64,000 bases of DNA. Origin: Candidatus Latescibacterota bacterium. Lineage in GTDB: Bacteria > Latescibacterota > UBA2968 > GCA-2709665. The position numbers and the translations under genes were made by a program. Positions 19,931 through 30,449 of this stretch are shown here, one piece after another. The notes under the pieces are model-generated. The model did no database searches and had not been told where the DNA came from. It was given only the letters and a program-made list of their open reading frames with translations. The DNA lies in assembly GCA_965219455.1 (NCBI GenBank), contig OZ244744.1:1344001-1408000 (forward strand), read 5' to 3'. Numbering within the stretch: position 1 is the first letter of the stretch; each line of letters begins with the position of its first letter.

Positions 19931-20476
19931 GTGAGACAGTTGCTATTGATCAGGCATTGTCAATCGTCGGGGCAGGAAGCGGAGGCTGAGCTGACGGAAA
20001 CCGGGCGAGCGCAGGCGGAAAGACTCGCCGGTTTCCTGTCTGACTGCCCGATTGACATGATTGCCTCCAGTACCTATGCCCGGGCGCGGCTGAGCATTGC
20101 GCCATTCGCCGCCAGGAACGGTTTGCCCATCCACCTGGATCAGCGGCTGATCGAGCGCAGGCTGTCAACTCACGCGATGGACAACTGGCGGGAGGTCATC
20201 CGCGATTCCTTTGACGACAGGTCGTTGCGCGCACCCGGTGGCGAGTCGGGGCGCGAAGCGTTTGACCGTGGATGGACAGCCATAACCGACCTGTTTAACG
20301 GGGACTACCGTTTCCCGGTAGCAGTGACTCACGGGAACCTGCTGAGTATTATATTGAACTCGATAGACGGCAATTTCGGTTACGACGGATGGGCCTCTCT
20401 GTCGAATCCGGATGTTTTCCATCTGAGAGAAGCCGGCCGGGGACGCTTGGAATTCGAGAGACTCTGGTCGGAATAG
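19931..20476 (+). CDS. Histidine phosphatase family protein
   Basis: GGAGG then GTG at 19931; LIRHCQS, APGGES, VTHGN. Confidence 0.85.
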   Translation: MRQLLLIRHCQSSGQEAEAELTETGRAQAERLAGFLSDCPIDMIASSTYARARLSIAPFAARNGLPIHLDQRLIERRLSTHAMDNWREVIRDSFDDRSLRAPGGESGREAFDRGWTAITDLFNGDYRFPVAVTHGNLLSIILNSIDGNFGYDGWASLSNPDVFHLREAGRGRLEFERLWSE

Positions 20477-20606
20477 GCTCGGCAGTTGCGATTCTGCGGT
20501 TCACGGATTCCTGAGAATTGGTAAATGAATTTTTGCACATCAGAAGAATTCGACCGAATGCGAGACTGCCAGGGGCGATTTACGAGGCTTCTGCGCCAAA
20601 AGTGCA

Positions 20607-20640
20607 TTGACATTTCGAAAATCTCCTGTATATATTACAG
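20607..20640 (+). promoter_or_regulatory. Sigma70-type promoter with overlapping palindrome upstream of hicBA
   Basis: TTGACA-N18-TATATT; CTGTA-tatat-TACAG inverted repeat over the -10. Confidence 0.55.
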
Positions 20641-20830
20641 ACGCATTTGGTCTGCCTGCGGAGTTCAATTTACGGTATTGCACCTCGCGAAATCCTCTTG
20701 AGGTTCCGTAGTCATTTCCTTGCACTTGCGCACATTGTCGATTCCAATTTGCGTGACGACAAGGCGCGAAATGCACAAGCTAAAACGCCACGGGGAAAAG
20801 AGTAGACTCACAGGCAAAGGATGGTGAATA

Positions 20831-21160
20831 ATGCAGGCCCGTTACAAGATACGCGTCCGAGTTATTGTAGAGCCGGATGAAGATCAATACTATGTCAGTG
20901 CGCCCGCCCTGCCGGGTCTACACATTGACGGGCCAACGAGGCAAACAGCCCTTCGGCGAACAAGAGACGGAATCAGGGCCTATTTGGATTCACTAAGAAA
21001 ACACGGAGAACCATTGCCTGTCGGTCCGGATTTAATTATTGAGAAGGTTGAAGACATGGATATGGGCTTCAGAAGTATCGGAGAGCCTTCCAACTCCAGG
21101 CCCAACGAATGGACAGGGTTGACATGGCCCGCTATGGCAGGCACGCGTGGAGTCAGATAA
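20831..21160 (+). CDS. hicB: HicB-family antitoxin
   Basis: VIVEPDEDQYYVSAPALPGLHIDGPT...YLDSLRKHGEPLP. Confidence 0.82.
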   Translation: MQARYKIRVRVIVEPDEDQYYVSAPALPGLHIDGPTRQTALRRTRDGIRAYLDSLRKHGEPLPVGPDLIIEKVEDMDMGFRSIGEPSNSRPNEWTGLTWPAMAGTRGVR

Positions 21161-21378
21161 AGGGAATTTCGGTAGAGAAGCTCATGCGTGCGCTAAGGGC
21201 GGATGGATGGGCAGAGGAAAAAAGGAGAAGTGGTACCAGGCCATTTTATAAGGATGGTGCGCGGATCGTAATCCACTATCATCCAGGAAAGACATTTGGC
21301 CCAAAAATTCTTAAGGGTATTCTCAACAGCATTGGGTGGTCGGAAGAAGACCTGAAGCGACTCAAGCTCATAAAATGA
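21124..21378 (+). CDS. hicA: HicA-family toxin
   Basis: LMRALRADGW...RIVIHYHPGKTFGPKILKGIL dsRBD-like HicA pattern; overlaps the hicB 3' end. Confidence 0.78.
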   Translation: MARYGRHAWSQIKGISVEKLMRALRADGWAEEKRRSGTRPFYKDGARIVIHYHPGKTFGPKILKGILNSIGWSEEDLKRLKLIK

Positions 21379-21807
21379 CTGTCGAATGACGACGACCGAA
21401 TTGTCGATCCCATGGTCCCTTTGTGGACAATGGGATTTTTTTACTTCAATTTCGCCAGCGATATCGCCGTCGTCGGAGACATATGGTCATCTTATTCTCT
21501 ACGCTGCCGGATTCTCGATCGCTATCACTCCGTTCAGATTCCAATACCGTCGACTTTACTTGGAAGAATAGTCGGATTACTGCACCGAGGAGCAAAAGAG
21601 TTTTGACCCCGATATTTCCGAAAAATAGAAGCCGAGGCTGTGTGCCCCGGCCCGTGGGTTCTGGATAGGGATTGACTTCAGTTCTCATATCCATTCTTGA
21701 GAAAAGGCGGAGCTTCCTTAAATCCCTGCTCTCCCTTCTTCTTCTCTTCCGCGATCCACGCGGCGATTTTTTCGTCCCGTTCCCTCATCCCTTCCTTTCG
21801 TCCTTTT

Positions 21808-22353
21808 TCAAACCTGCATCCGGTTTTTAACATACTGTTTTACTTGATCATATACTTGATCCTCGTCGCCGCTGGCGTCGACGAAATGAACCCCGGGACG
21901 ATTGAGGTCTTGAAGGTATTTCCAGATATCGCTGACCTTCTGCTCATCCCTGAAGTATTCCGGAGCGGCGTACGCCTCCGGCATCGCACGGTGCCGTGCC
22001 CCAAGTCGCTCCATACACTCTGCATACGAACAACGGAGAATAACGGGCAGGAAAAGCGTCTGTTGATGCCATTCCAATATTCCATCCAGTTTCCGCCATT
22101 GGAACTCCCATCCCAGTGACATATCCAGCACCACCGAAACCCTGGACTCAATGAACTTCTCGCAAAGGCGGAAGAGTACGTCGTACGCAACCCGGTACGT
22201 GTCAATTTGGCCGGCTTTGATTCCAGGCGACCTCTCGATCGCGCGACCGATGATATCGGAACTCAGGCAGGGCAGATTGAACTCAAGCGAAAGTCTCCCG
22301 CATATGGTCGTCTTCCCGGCGCCCGGGAATCCACCGATCGCAATCAGGGCCAT
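21808..22353 (-). CDS. AAA_33-like P-loop kinase
   Basis: IGGFPGAGKTT Walker A, SVVLD. Confidence 0.8.
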   Translation of the reverse strand: MALIAIGGFPGAGKTTICGRLSLEFNLPCLSSDIIGRAIERSPGIKAGQIDTYRVAYDVLFRLCEKFIESRVSVVLDMSLGWEFQWRKLDGILEWHQQTLFLPVILRCSYAECMERLGARHRAMPEAYAAPEYFRDEQKVSDIWKYLQDLNRPGVHFVDASGDEDQVYDQVKQYVKNRMQV

Positions 22354-22428
22354 CCGATTCCCTCTATCCGGGTCAATACGCGCTGAAATCGATCCGGGAA
22401 CTGGTAGGCGTTTCGTTCTATTCAGCGG

Positions 22429-23559
22429 CTATGCCAACTCCACTTTGAACAGGAAACTCGCCCGTGAGTGGTTATCCGATTCGGCCACGATGAATGTTCT
22501 GGCGTCCACCATACACATATGGTGCGCCAGCCAGCACCGCGTCCCGTCCTGCGTATCCCGGATCGGCCCCAGGTCGTTGAACAAGCCCGACCCGCGGTCG
22601 TACGTGAAGAAGTGCGTATCGTAGTCGCCCCCGCTGACGCCGTAGATCAGTCCGTTGGGACCCTCGATCAAACCCTTCATGCGCGGCGCGACGTATGGTT
22701 TTCCCAGATACGTCGCCCTCACCCCCGGACCCCGGTGGTCCAACTGCACCAGCGCCCCGGCGGTCGTGCCGATGTACAGCGTCCCATCTTCCGTCAGCAG
22801 CGCGGTATCCATCTGGTTGGAACCCGGTTTTCCAGGCCCGACGTCGGGAAGGTCCACGTTCGTGAAATCGATCTCGTCCCGGTCGGGGTCGTATCTCAAT
22901 AGTGGATATCGTCCTGCCCACTGCATCAATTCGTACGTGTGCCAGGCGCCTCCGTCCGCATCCAGCGCCAGATGCTCGGTGGAAACGTCACCCAGCATGG
23001 TCAACTCCCGCGCGGCGCCGCTTCCGATATCGTATCGGAACATCTTTCTTCCGGGAAACGTATCCCCGTAGATGATGCCGCGCCGGCGGTCCATCACGAA
23101 TCCCTGGACGTAGTCGTGCTCGATCGGGATGCACAGAAACTCGTACTCCCTGGTGCCGGGATCGTAACGAAAGATGGGGCCACCCGTGGCCTTGGGCCAG
23201 ATATCGGCGTCGCCCAGCGTGGCGACACCGGCGTAAACGCGCCCCTCTTCGTCCACCTCCAGGCCCTGGTGGATCTTGCTGCCGTACCGGTCCCGTTCAC
23301 CGGGATAATTCAGGGACTCCCACGTATGCGTCGCGGGATCGAAGGTATAAAAGATATCCCTGTCGAGCGCGGTCAGCCCCACGTAGACCAGGCCATCGGT
23401 CGGATTGAAGCACACGCAGGTCGGAGAAATCCACTTCTTGCCGAAGACTTCGTCCTCAATCCAGTCCTCGCTTGCCTTCCATTTCGTGAAATGCGTCCAC
23501 TTCTCCATACTGATTTCGCATTCCCGGAGCCGATGGGTGGAAATTCGTTCAATCTTCAT
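22429..23559 (-). CDS. Hypothetical beta-propeller protein
   Basis: Repeated DG.(V/I)Y.G and F.YDP blades; start taken at ATG 23559. Confidence 0.72.
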   Translation of the reverse strand: MKIERISTHRLRECEISMEKWTHFTKWKASEDWIEDEVFGKKWISPTCVCFNPTDGLVYVGLTALDRDIFYTFDPATHTWESLNYPGERDRYGSKIHQGLEVDEEGRVYAGVATLGDADIWPKATGGPIFRYDPGTREYEFLCIPIEHDYVQGFVMDRRRGIIYGDTFPGRKMFRYDIGSGAARELTMLGDVSTEHLALDADGGAWHTYELMQWAGRYPLLRYDPDRDEIDFTNVDLPDVGPGKPGSNQMDTALLTEDGTLYIGTTAGALVQLDHRGPGVRATYLGKPYVAPRMKGLIEGPNGLIYGVSGGDYDTHFFTYDRGSGLFNDLGPIRDTQDGTRCWLAHHMCMVDARTFIVAESDNHSRASFLFKVELA

Positions 23560-23621
23560 TGTAATACCCTCAATTCTGGACGTCAGTTTGCCGTTGCCGC
23601 TTTCACCTCGGTGCGGCGTTT

Positions 23622-24428
23622 TCAGTCTGTGTCTGCGCCGCTGGACGGAAGGACGGCGATCAGCCGGCACGGCGACGCGCAAGCCCCGCGGATCTTCATC
23701 GGCAGGGCGATCAATTGGATGCGGGGTGCGGTAATCTCCGCCACGTTCAACAGCGAACCGATCACCAGCACGCCGGACCTCATGAGCATGGGCCAGAAAC
23801 TCGGTTCTTCCTCGCCATCATGCCAACTGGCCATGTCCGACGCCAGAATCGAAGGCCTTCGATTCACCGCCCATTCAATCGCGTCGTAGCTGAAATGCGG
23901 CGTTAGATCGCAGCGAATGTCGTTGCTGCCAAACCGATTGTAACCCGTGGAGACCAGGATCGCATCCCCCGGATGGATCGTTTCTCCAAGACTCGCCAGT
24001 GCGCGATCCAGGTCGGCGGCGGTCACCTTTTCATCTTTCCCCCTGGGAAGTTGCATCACCACCGCGGATACAAACAGCCGTTCCAGGCCGATATCGGCAA
24101 CCGACTCCATTTCGGGATAGAGATGCGCCCCCGTCTCCAGGTAGTTGCCGGCCTGAACGCACATCCGGACTTCCTGGGTGTAACTGCGGTACTCGCGGCC
24201 CCGGCACAGGGCCTCCATTTCTTCGTCCAGTTCCCGCATCCGGAACGACGGCAGCGTTCCCGTCATGTCCACGGGCATCCCGTTGAAGTAATCGCACGTC
24301 AGATCGACCAGCCGTCCATATCCCAGGTCTGATTCAATTCGATTCCGGCGTTTCCGCCGGCATCCGATTCCGGGGTTCTGTCCGCGTTCATTTCTGCCCT
24401 CCGTTTCGTGATCCGGTCGCTGGAGCAA
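23622..24428 (-). CDS. Cyclase/kynurenine formamidase-fold protein with degenerate metal motif; start uncertain
   Basis: LVDLT..GMP, PGDAILVSTG, LIALPMKIRGACASPCRLIAV. Confidence 0.72.
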   Translation of the reverse strand: MLQRPDHETEGRNERGQNPGIGCRRKRRNRIESDLGYGRLVDLTCDYFNGMPVDMTGTLPSFRMRELDEEMEALCRGREYRSYTQEVRMCVQAGNYLETGAHLYPEMESVADIGLERLFVSAVVMQLPRGKDEKVTAADLDRALASLGETIHPGDAILVSTGYNRFGSNDIRCDLTPHFSYDAIEWAVNRRPSILASDMASWHDGEEEPSFWPMLMRSGVLVIGSLLNVAEITAPRIQLIALPMKIRGACASPCRLIAVLPSSGADTD

Positions 24429-24467
24429 GCGCCCGGTGGTGGAGATTCATTTTCACGAGTGTCGGCC

Positions 24468-26432
24468 TTACGCGTAGGGAAAGAACATATTCGAGACCGT
24501 CCCCGTAAAGTAGTCCACGGCAATCCACAGCCCCGTGCAAACGGCCTCCCCGAGGATAATCCCCATAAAGAAAGGCCGGGTCGACCGGTAGAGCCTCGCG
24601 CCTCCGAACCTCAACACCAGGCTCTTGACGCCCCAGGCCAGAAGAACATTGATAAAGAAGTAATCCGTATACGCAATGGTGCTGACGGGAAGCGCGACGG
24701 GATGCAGCGGCCACCACACAAACCGGGCTCGCATCGCCGCCAGAAGCGCCGCAATGGCGCCCCCCATCCCCAGGTACAGAAACCCCCGGGTGAAGATCGG
24801 ACTCGGCTCGAGCATGCGGCGGCCCACAAAGGCATCGAACGGGAGGCGCGCATAGTCCAGAAAGTGCCGGTCCAGGTTGAGCCCGCCATGGGCGTAGCCG
24901 AGTTTGAGCGTCATCGTGCTCGCAGTGATCAGGCCCACCGCCAGGGCCAGACCCATTGCCCAGACCAGGCCGCGCTTACGTGGGATCCTGCGGGCAAGCC
25001 AGAGCGCGCCCACCGCACGGGGCATCAGCGTGCTCGTCCGCGTCATCGTCCATGCGTAGCCGAACCCCAGCGTCACGAGGCCGGCCGGGCTGAAAGCAGA
25101 AGACCCGACCATACAGACGGCAAACTCGGCGGGATTGATGGGCGAGTACGCGGTCACAAATCCGGTCTCGCTCACGATTCGCGCCATCACAAGGAACACC
25201 ACGAAACAGGAGGCGAACAACACCAGAATCACCGGTGGAGACATCCCGGCCTGATACAGCCAGCACCCAAGATACAGCGTTCCGCCTCCAATTCCGATCA
25301 CCGCGGTCCGGTAGGACATAACCTCGTTCGAATCGTCCGCCCCCGATGGCCTGCCCAGTACTTTTGCCGCGACATGGCGCAGGTGTTCACGCCCCACCCA
25401 CAGGCTGTACGCTGCCAGGATCACCATGTACCCCATGCCCATCAGGGCCAGGGACGCGTGTCCCTGAGAACTGAACCGCCCCACCACGCCCGATACATTG
25501 TAGCGTTCCGCTCCCAGGACTGCCAGTATACCACGGACAATCTTGGAAATGACGTTGAACACCCAGATGCTCAGGCTCACGTCCGTATTCACGAAATAGG
25601 AGTAACCCAGAATAGCGAAGTGGAGCCTGAGACGTAAGGGCGTCGTACCGTTGAAGATCCAGATATCGTGAACCAGGCCGATCCGGGGGACGGTGTGGAA
25701 GTAGTGGTGCAGTGCGTTGATCGACCCGATCACGAACGGAATCGCGAACCCCGCCCACATCAACCGGCTCCTGAACAGCCGTCCCAACCTGCCATTTCCG
25801 GTCTCACTCAACTCCAGGGGTACCTGCATGATCGGAAAGGCGAACCGTTCGTGGTCCTCCCACTGTTTCCGCACAATGACTGCCAGGCAGATCAACACCC
25901 CCAGGAGCACCAGCAGGAACACGCCCCAGCTGACAAGAGGAACGAACCACGCCTCCCAGGGCGGCGATACCCCGTCGGGCAGCCCCTCGTAGAGACCCCG
26001 CACGACCTCGGCGTCCCCCGGGGCCGTCCAGGGGACGATATTGGGCAACACGGCCTCCAGGTCGCGCCGCTCGGGAGTCGCGTAGTAGGTGACGCCGGTC
26101 AGGTAGGAGATCAGATGTTTGACCATTTGCGAAACGGGCAACAAAAACAGGAACATCACGTAAATGGCCAGCAGTTCGCCCCGGTTCAGGGCGAATCGTT
26201 TCCTCAGCGCGGCGAGCAGTGGATTGGCGAACAGGACAAGAAGGAACAGGAGTACGAGCGCGCCGCGGTCGATGAAATACGCGTTCAGCCACCGTCCCTG
26301 GATCACCATTCGGTTGTACGGCAGCACCAGTCCCAGAAATCCGCAAAGGGCGAGGCCGATCAGAAAGGCTCGCGGGGTCAGGCCGTCCCGCACATCCTCG
26401 TCGGGCGCATGGAGACTGCGTTCGCGGTTCAT
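24468..26432 (-). CDS. DUF6785/DUF6784-like polytopic membrane protein (putative transporter)
   Basis: LTPRAFLIG, RKQWEDHERFAFPI, RFVWWPLHPV, LRFGGARLY...PFFMGIILGE. Confidence 0.78.
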   Translation of the reverse strand: MNRERSLHAPDEDVRDGLTPRAFLIGLALCGFLGLVLPYNRMVIQGRWLNAYFIDRGALVLLFLLVLFANPLLAALRKRFALNRGELLAIYVMFLFLLPVSQMVKHLISYLTGVTYYATPERRDLEAVLPNIVPWTAPGDAEVVRGLYEGLPDGVSPPWEAWFVPLVSWGVFLLVLLGVLICLAVIVRKQWEDHERFAFPIMQVPLELSETGNGRLGRLFRSRLMWAGFAIPFVIGSINALHHYFHTVPRIGLVHDIWIFNGTTPLRLRLHFAILGYSYFVNTDVSLSIWVFNVISKIVRGILAVLGAERYNVSGVVGRFSSQGHASLALMGMGYMVILAAYSLWVGREHLRHVAAKVLGRPSGADDSNEVMSYRTAVIGIGGGTLYLGCWLYQAGMSPPVILVLFASCFVVFLVMARIVSETGFVTAYSPINPAEFAVCMVGSSAFSPAGLVTLGFGYAWTMTRTSTLMPRAVGALWLARRIPRKRGLVWAMGLALAVGLITASTMTLKLGYAHGGLNLDRHFLDYARLPFDAFVGRRMLEPSPIFTRGFLYLGMGGAIAALLAAMRARFVWWPLHPVALPVSTIAYTDYFFINVLLAWGVKSLVLRFGGARLYRSTRPFFMGIILGEAVCTGLWIAVDYFTGTVSNMFFPYA

Positions 26433-26464
26433 CCCTGGTCCGGTCCCTTCACTACGTTAACGCA

Positions 26465-28558
26465 TCACACCCATTCCACAACCACCGGGACGACGCCGTC
26501 GGCGTGGGTGATCCGTAGACGATATCGGATGGATTCCGAATCGACCGAGGCGTCCGCCATGCAGGATTCGTCCGTCAGACCGTTGAAGATTCGCAAAGGC
26601 CGTTTCCCCTCGGGTATCCGGAATCGAATCGACACGGTTGCCTCCGCTCCGACGTAAGACGCGACAATCGCGATGGCGTAACGAGCTCCGATCTGGGGGA
26701 AAAACTGAAACGTATTGATCCCCCGCCGGTCCCAGGCCCGAAGGCGCTGATACGCCGTTACCGGCGGAAAATCCTCCACCTCGATCCCCGCCGGCCTGCA
26801 CGCCAGAAATCTGATCACATTCCCGACCAGCCGACGCGTATGGTTTGGAAGCTTGACCAGGGGTTCATATCCGGGCTCGCGATGATGGAGCACGGGATCG
26901 CCCGCCAGGTAGACAAACCTGCCCTCGCCCACGCGGCTGGACACCAGGCCCGGCGCGCCCGTGTCGCGCCCCTGGGCGTCCACGAGCGTCGCCCAGACCT
27001 CCCCTTCGACGTGACCGACTTCATACGGATTCTCCACCACCACCGGAGCCTCGATATTTTCTCGCAACGGGCAGGCGTCCGTGAACGAGAGGCGATACTG
27101 GCCCTCCAGCCTGTCCCCGGAAAGCGCCACCCCCCAGCGAGACGACAACCCCTCCGCGACGGTCCGTCCTTCCCCGTCGAGACGGCCCAGATCCGCGATT
27201 GCCAGGATCGATCCCCCGTCCTCGATATATGACGTGAGCCGGCTTCTCTGTGACGCGGAGAGACAGCAGACGTGGGGCATCACCAGCGGCGCGTTCCGAG
27301 TCAGATCCGTTTCATCCAGACGGCTGTCCCAGACAAACGCATACGGCAGCCCCTCGTCCCGCAGCATCTGCGCGAACGGATGAATCGCCATTGCGTCGTA
27401 GTCCACGTCGTGATACTGCCAGACCTCGCTCTGGATGGAGTGGAACAGGCTGCAGGCGAATTCCGGCTCCGTCTCCTTGAGATAGGGGTCCAGCCGGAGC
27501 GTCTCCATATACCCCTCGTACTGCGCCGGCGAAGCCCTCAACGTCTCGTAACACCACGGACTCACGTACTCCGCGCCCACGGCATAGGGCAGGATACCGA
27601 TCCACTGGCCGTCCTTACGCGTCATCTCCAGCGACGTGCCGGGGCAGAATGCCTGTACCGCGAGTCGCAACGGCTTTCCCTGAAGCGCCCCGATGAAGAT
27701 CGAGGCCATGTCCAGGACGATCGTAAACCGGGGCGCGAAATGATGCGTGCCGCGCGTGGAGCCGTGGTAAATTCCCGTATTCATCGAATCCAGGACCCGG
27801 CTCATCGCACCCAGATCCACGGCGGATGCCCACGGCCGGATCCCCATCAACTCGGTACACGCCGTGGCCATTCCCACACCCAATTCCGGGCGCACGGCCC
27901 GCACCGCCTCCCGGAAATCCGCGTGCACCGCCGTCCATTGCTCGAAGCGCCATTTGATCCAGTTCCGCCACAGCGTGTCCTTCCAATCGATCCGGATCGG
28001 CGGCTCCTCGCCAAAGTGTTCCGCAAAGCGCCCGCAGCAGGATTTGCAGTAGCAGGCCATCTCGCCGTACGCGCCCAGAAAGCCCTCATCGTTTAGGTAG
28101 ACGAACCGGAGCGCCGGAATCCCCGCCAGCAGTCGGAGTTCGTCCTTGTACTGCCTCTTATTGGCTTCGTTGAAGGGACAGAGCCAGTTCACGTTCCTGA
28201 TGCGTCCTTCAACCGAGGTCAACGGCGGGGGCGCCTGCCCCGGACGGGTCTCCCCGTTCCGGTCCGCGGTTCCGTCGTCCCGAAGAACCATCCGCCGCTC
28301 CGGGTGGGCCAGCACGACCTGCTCGTGATACTTCATGTACCCCGTGTTCACCAGCACGCCCATCCCCTCTTTTTCGGCCAGCCTCCCGACTTCCATCGCC
28401 GTCGATAGACGGAGTCCCCCGATATCGACGCCGGATTCCACCTTATTCACGAAAAAGTAAAGGTCGGTGAAGCCCAGTCTTCTGGCTTCCGGCACGATCT
28501 CCTCCGGTTCCCAATCCCCGGGGATATGCAAATGGGCCAGCCGTCGTATGTCACGCAT
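26465..28558 (-). CDS. Glycoside hydrolase-like protein (GH42-like TIM barrel plus trimerization domain)
   Basis: WLCPFN, LNDEG, CYCKSCC..F zinc motif, class-I GATase-like middle domain (LVMPHV, YIEDGGSIL, GEGRFVYL). Confidence 0.68.
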   Translation of the reverse strand: MRDIRRLAHLHIPGDWEPEEIVPEARRLGFTDLYFFVNKVESGVDIGGLRLSTAMEVGRLAEKEGMGVLVNTGYMKYHEQVVLAHPERRMVLRDDGTADRNGETRPGQAPPPLTSVEGRIRNVNWLCPFNEANKRQYKDELRLLAGIPALRFVYLNDEGFLGAYGEMACYCKSCCGRFAEHFGEEPPIRIDWKDTLWRNWIKWRFEQWTAVHADFREAVRAVRPELGVGMATACTELMGIRPWASAVDLGAMSRVLDSMNTGIYHGSTRGTHHFAPRFTIVLDMASIFIGALQGKPLRLAVQAFCPGTSLEMTRKDGQWIGILPYAVGAEYVSPWCYETLRASPAQYEGYMETLRLDPYLKETEPEFACSLFHSIQSEVWQYHDVDYDAMAIHPFAQMLRDEGLPYAFVWDSRLDETDLTRNAPLVMPHVCCLSASQRSRLTSYIEDGGSILAIADLGRLDGEGRTVAEGLSSRWGVALSGDRLEGQYRLSFTDACPLRENIEAPVVVENPYEVGHVEGEVWATLVDAQGRDTGAPGLVSSRVGEGRFVYLAGDPVLHHREPGYEPLVKLPNHTRRLVGNVIRFLACRPAGIEVEDFPPVTAYQRLRAWDRRGINTFQFFPQIGARYAIAIVASYVGAEATVSIRFRIPEGKRPLRIFNGLTDESCMADASVDSESIRYRLRITHADGVVPVVVEWV

Positions 28559-28655
28559 CCTGGAACACTCCTTTCGAAGCCGTCAATCCGCCGGACGCGC
28601 CCCCCCGGGACCCGGCCTCGGAAACGCACACGCGGGGCGGATAATTAGCCCGCGT

Positions 28656-29759
28656 TCAGCCGGCGTACGCAACCTCGGTGTACCTGTCTTTCTCCAACGG
28701 ATACGGGTGCACGCGCATCCTCCGGTCCCTGGAAGTCAAAAAGATCGCGTGCGAGGTAAGCCAGTTCGCAATATTGGCCCCAGGCATCTGCAGGATCCGC
28801 CCCGGATCGTGTACGTCGAACGAAAAATCGACAAGCTCCTCGAGCGTCCGCATCCGTTTGAACTTCTCCCGGTAGTATTTCAGGTATTGTACACGATTCT
28901 GGGAGTTGTAAAAATAGGGGCTTACCCAATAATCGCGTTGATTCTCGCGGGCGGGGCGCTGCAGATCCGGGTGCTGCCAGTGGTTCACCTCCAGCACCAT
29001 GCCGTCGCGAGGTTCACGAAAGGCGATATTTTCCGATTCCAGTTCGAAACCCAGGATATTCCCCCGGGCGTCGACAGCGGTACCGGTAAGCCCTTTCAAG
29101 CCTGAAATCCGGTACTGGGTGAGAAAGCGCCTGACGTCCTCGCAGTCCTTGCAATGCTGGGGCACAAGCCCCGTTATCTGAAAGAGGTTGACGTGTTCCG
29201 GATTGTCGGGCCAGTGGAATTTCGGCGCCCCCGACGCCCAGCCCGTCAGCAGGCCCGCGTCGTTGACGGAAGTGTGAACCACACAGAAATGATGCCCGCC
29301 CTGGCCGACGTATCCGTGCGGTTTGCAATCGGGAAACGCGGCCACGAAGCGATCTTTCAGGAAATAGTCTTTTCCGGTGGAATCGGAAGGATCGTACGTC
29401 CTCAACAGGGCGGGCCCGTCCTCCTGAAGCAGGATTCCGAATGCGGAACACGCTTCTTCGTCGCGGCCCGTGTTGACCATGTGCAGATAGTAGGTGTGAT
29501 CGAAATTCTCGATGCCGGCCGCCGCGCCATAGGCCTCCATCCGTTCCATGAAATCCGGAAACTCACGCCGCATAAATGCCATGTTCTTTCGAAAATACGG
29601 GTGATCGAAATCGTGAGGCCACGTCAGCCATTCGTCGAGCCGCATGCGCACAAAGTCCGGGTCGAGCGAACCGTGCGCCCGGCCTGCCTCGGCCGGGCTT
29701 CCCCGGAACACATGGAATTTCACCTCTCCTTCGCGGAGCAATACCACGGGATCGCCCAT
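28656..29759 (-). CDS. C45-family (Ntn-hydrolase) acyltransferase/peptidase
   Basis: GSPAEAGRAHG, ACSAF nucleophile, SVNDAGL, VNHW; start taken at ATG 29759. Confidence 0.72.
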   Translation of the reverse strand: MGDPVVLLREGEVKFHVFRGSPAEAGRAHGSLDPDFVRMRLDEWLTWPHDFDHPYFRKNMAFMRREFPDFMERMEAYGAAAGIENFDHTYYLHMVNTGRDEEACSAFGILLQEDGPALLRTYDPSDSTGKDYFLKDRFVAAFPDCKPHGYVGQGGHHFCVVHTSVNDAGLLTGWASGAPKFHWPDNPEHVNLFQITGLVPQHCKDCEDVRRFLTQYRISGLKGLTGTAVDARGNILGFELESENIAFREPRDGMVLEVNHWQHPDLQRPARENQRDYWVSPYFYNSQNRVQYLKYYREKFKRMRTLEELVDFSFDVHDPGRILQMPGANIANWLTSHAIFLTSRDRRMRVHPYPLEKDRYTEVAYAG

Positions 29760-30242
29760 TGCGAATCTCCTCCCGATTCCCGGCCACGGGACATTGTGGC
29801 AAAGCAGGACCACGCGCCGGTCGGAAGCGGACAGTTCAAAGAAAAGGCAGCCCGCAAAGGCTGCCGTCCGTACGGCGTAAATCCGATGAAAATCCATAAA
29901 GAACATCGAACGCGTACGGGCACCGTATCGATTCGACAGCGGCGCCCCACCGCCATTACATAGCCCGCGAGAAGCCTGAATCAACCAAACCCACCGAATT
30001 CCAAAGAATCGGCAACCGGAATTCCATTACGGCGCGTCCCATTCCGTTTTCACGTTTCGCAGAACCGGGACGTCAATATTGCGCGGCGGAAGGCAAATGT
30101 CAAGCCCAATTCCACGCTCGCGGTCTTCGAAACGTGCCACAAACTGTCAGTTTGTGGCACACAGGAAAAATGTGAATTTCGTGCCGAAAGACAAATCGAC
30201 CAGTGAATTATTATCTCCACCCCCGCACAATGGCTTGTCGAC

Positions 30243-30301
30243 CCGTTGAGGAAGCGTGTGTGAAGGTGGAGCAGACAGGAATGTCTGCTCCACCTTTTCA
30301 A
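30243..30301. repeat. REP-type element (collapsed copy of the 17545-17853 element)
   Basis: CCGTTGAGGAAGCGTGTGTGAAGGTGGAGCAGACAGGAATGTCTGCTCCACCTTTTCAA matches both ends of 17545-17853 in reverse complement. Confidence 0.75.
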
Positions 30302-30449
30302 GCTTTTGCTACCGCTTGATCGCCCGGATCAATACGATTCATTATAGCACTTGACATTTCTTCTGACAATTGACTTTGTCTACTGGATCGAACACTAAGC
30401 CGGGCCGCAGGCGCACTGGACGTCAATCTTGTTAGTCTGGAGGTGTAAG

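Noticed and set aside
20626-20640. LexA SOS box
   Set aside because: The spacer is CTGT-N7-ACAG, not N8; kept only as a generic palindrome
21386-21694. Short ORFs after hicA
   Set aside because: No recognisable motif or RBS; possibly decayed sequence
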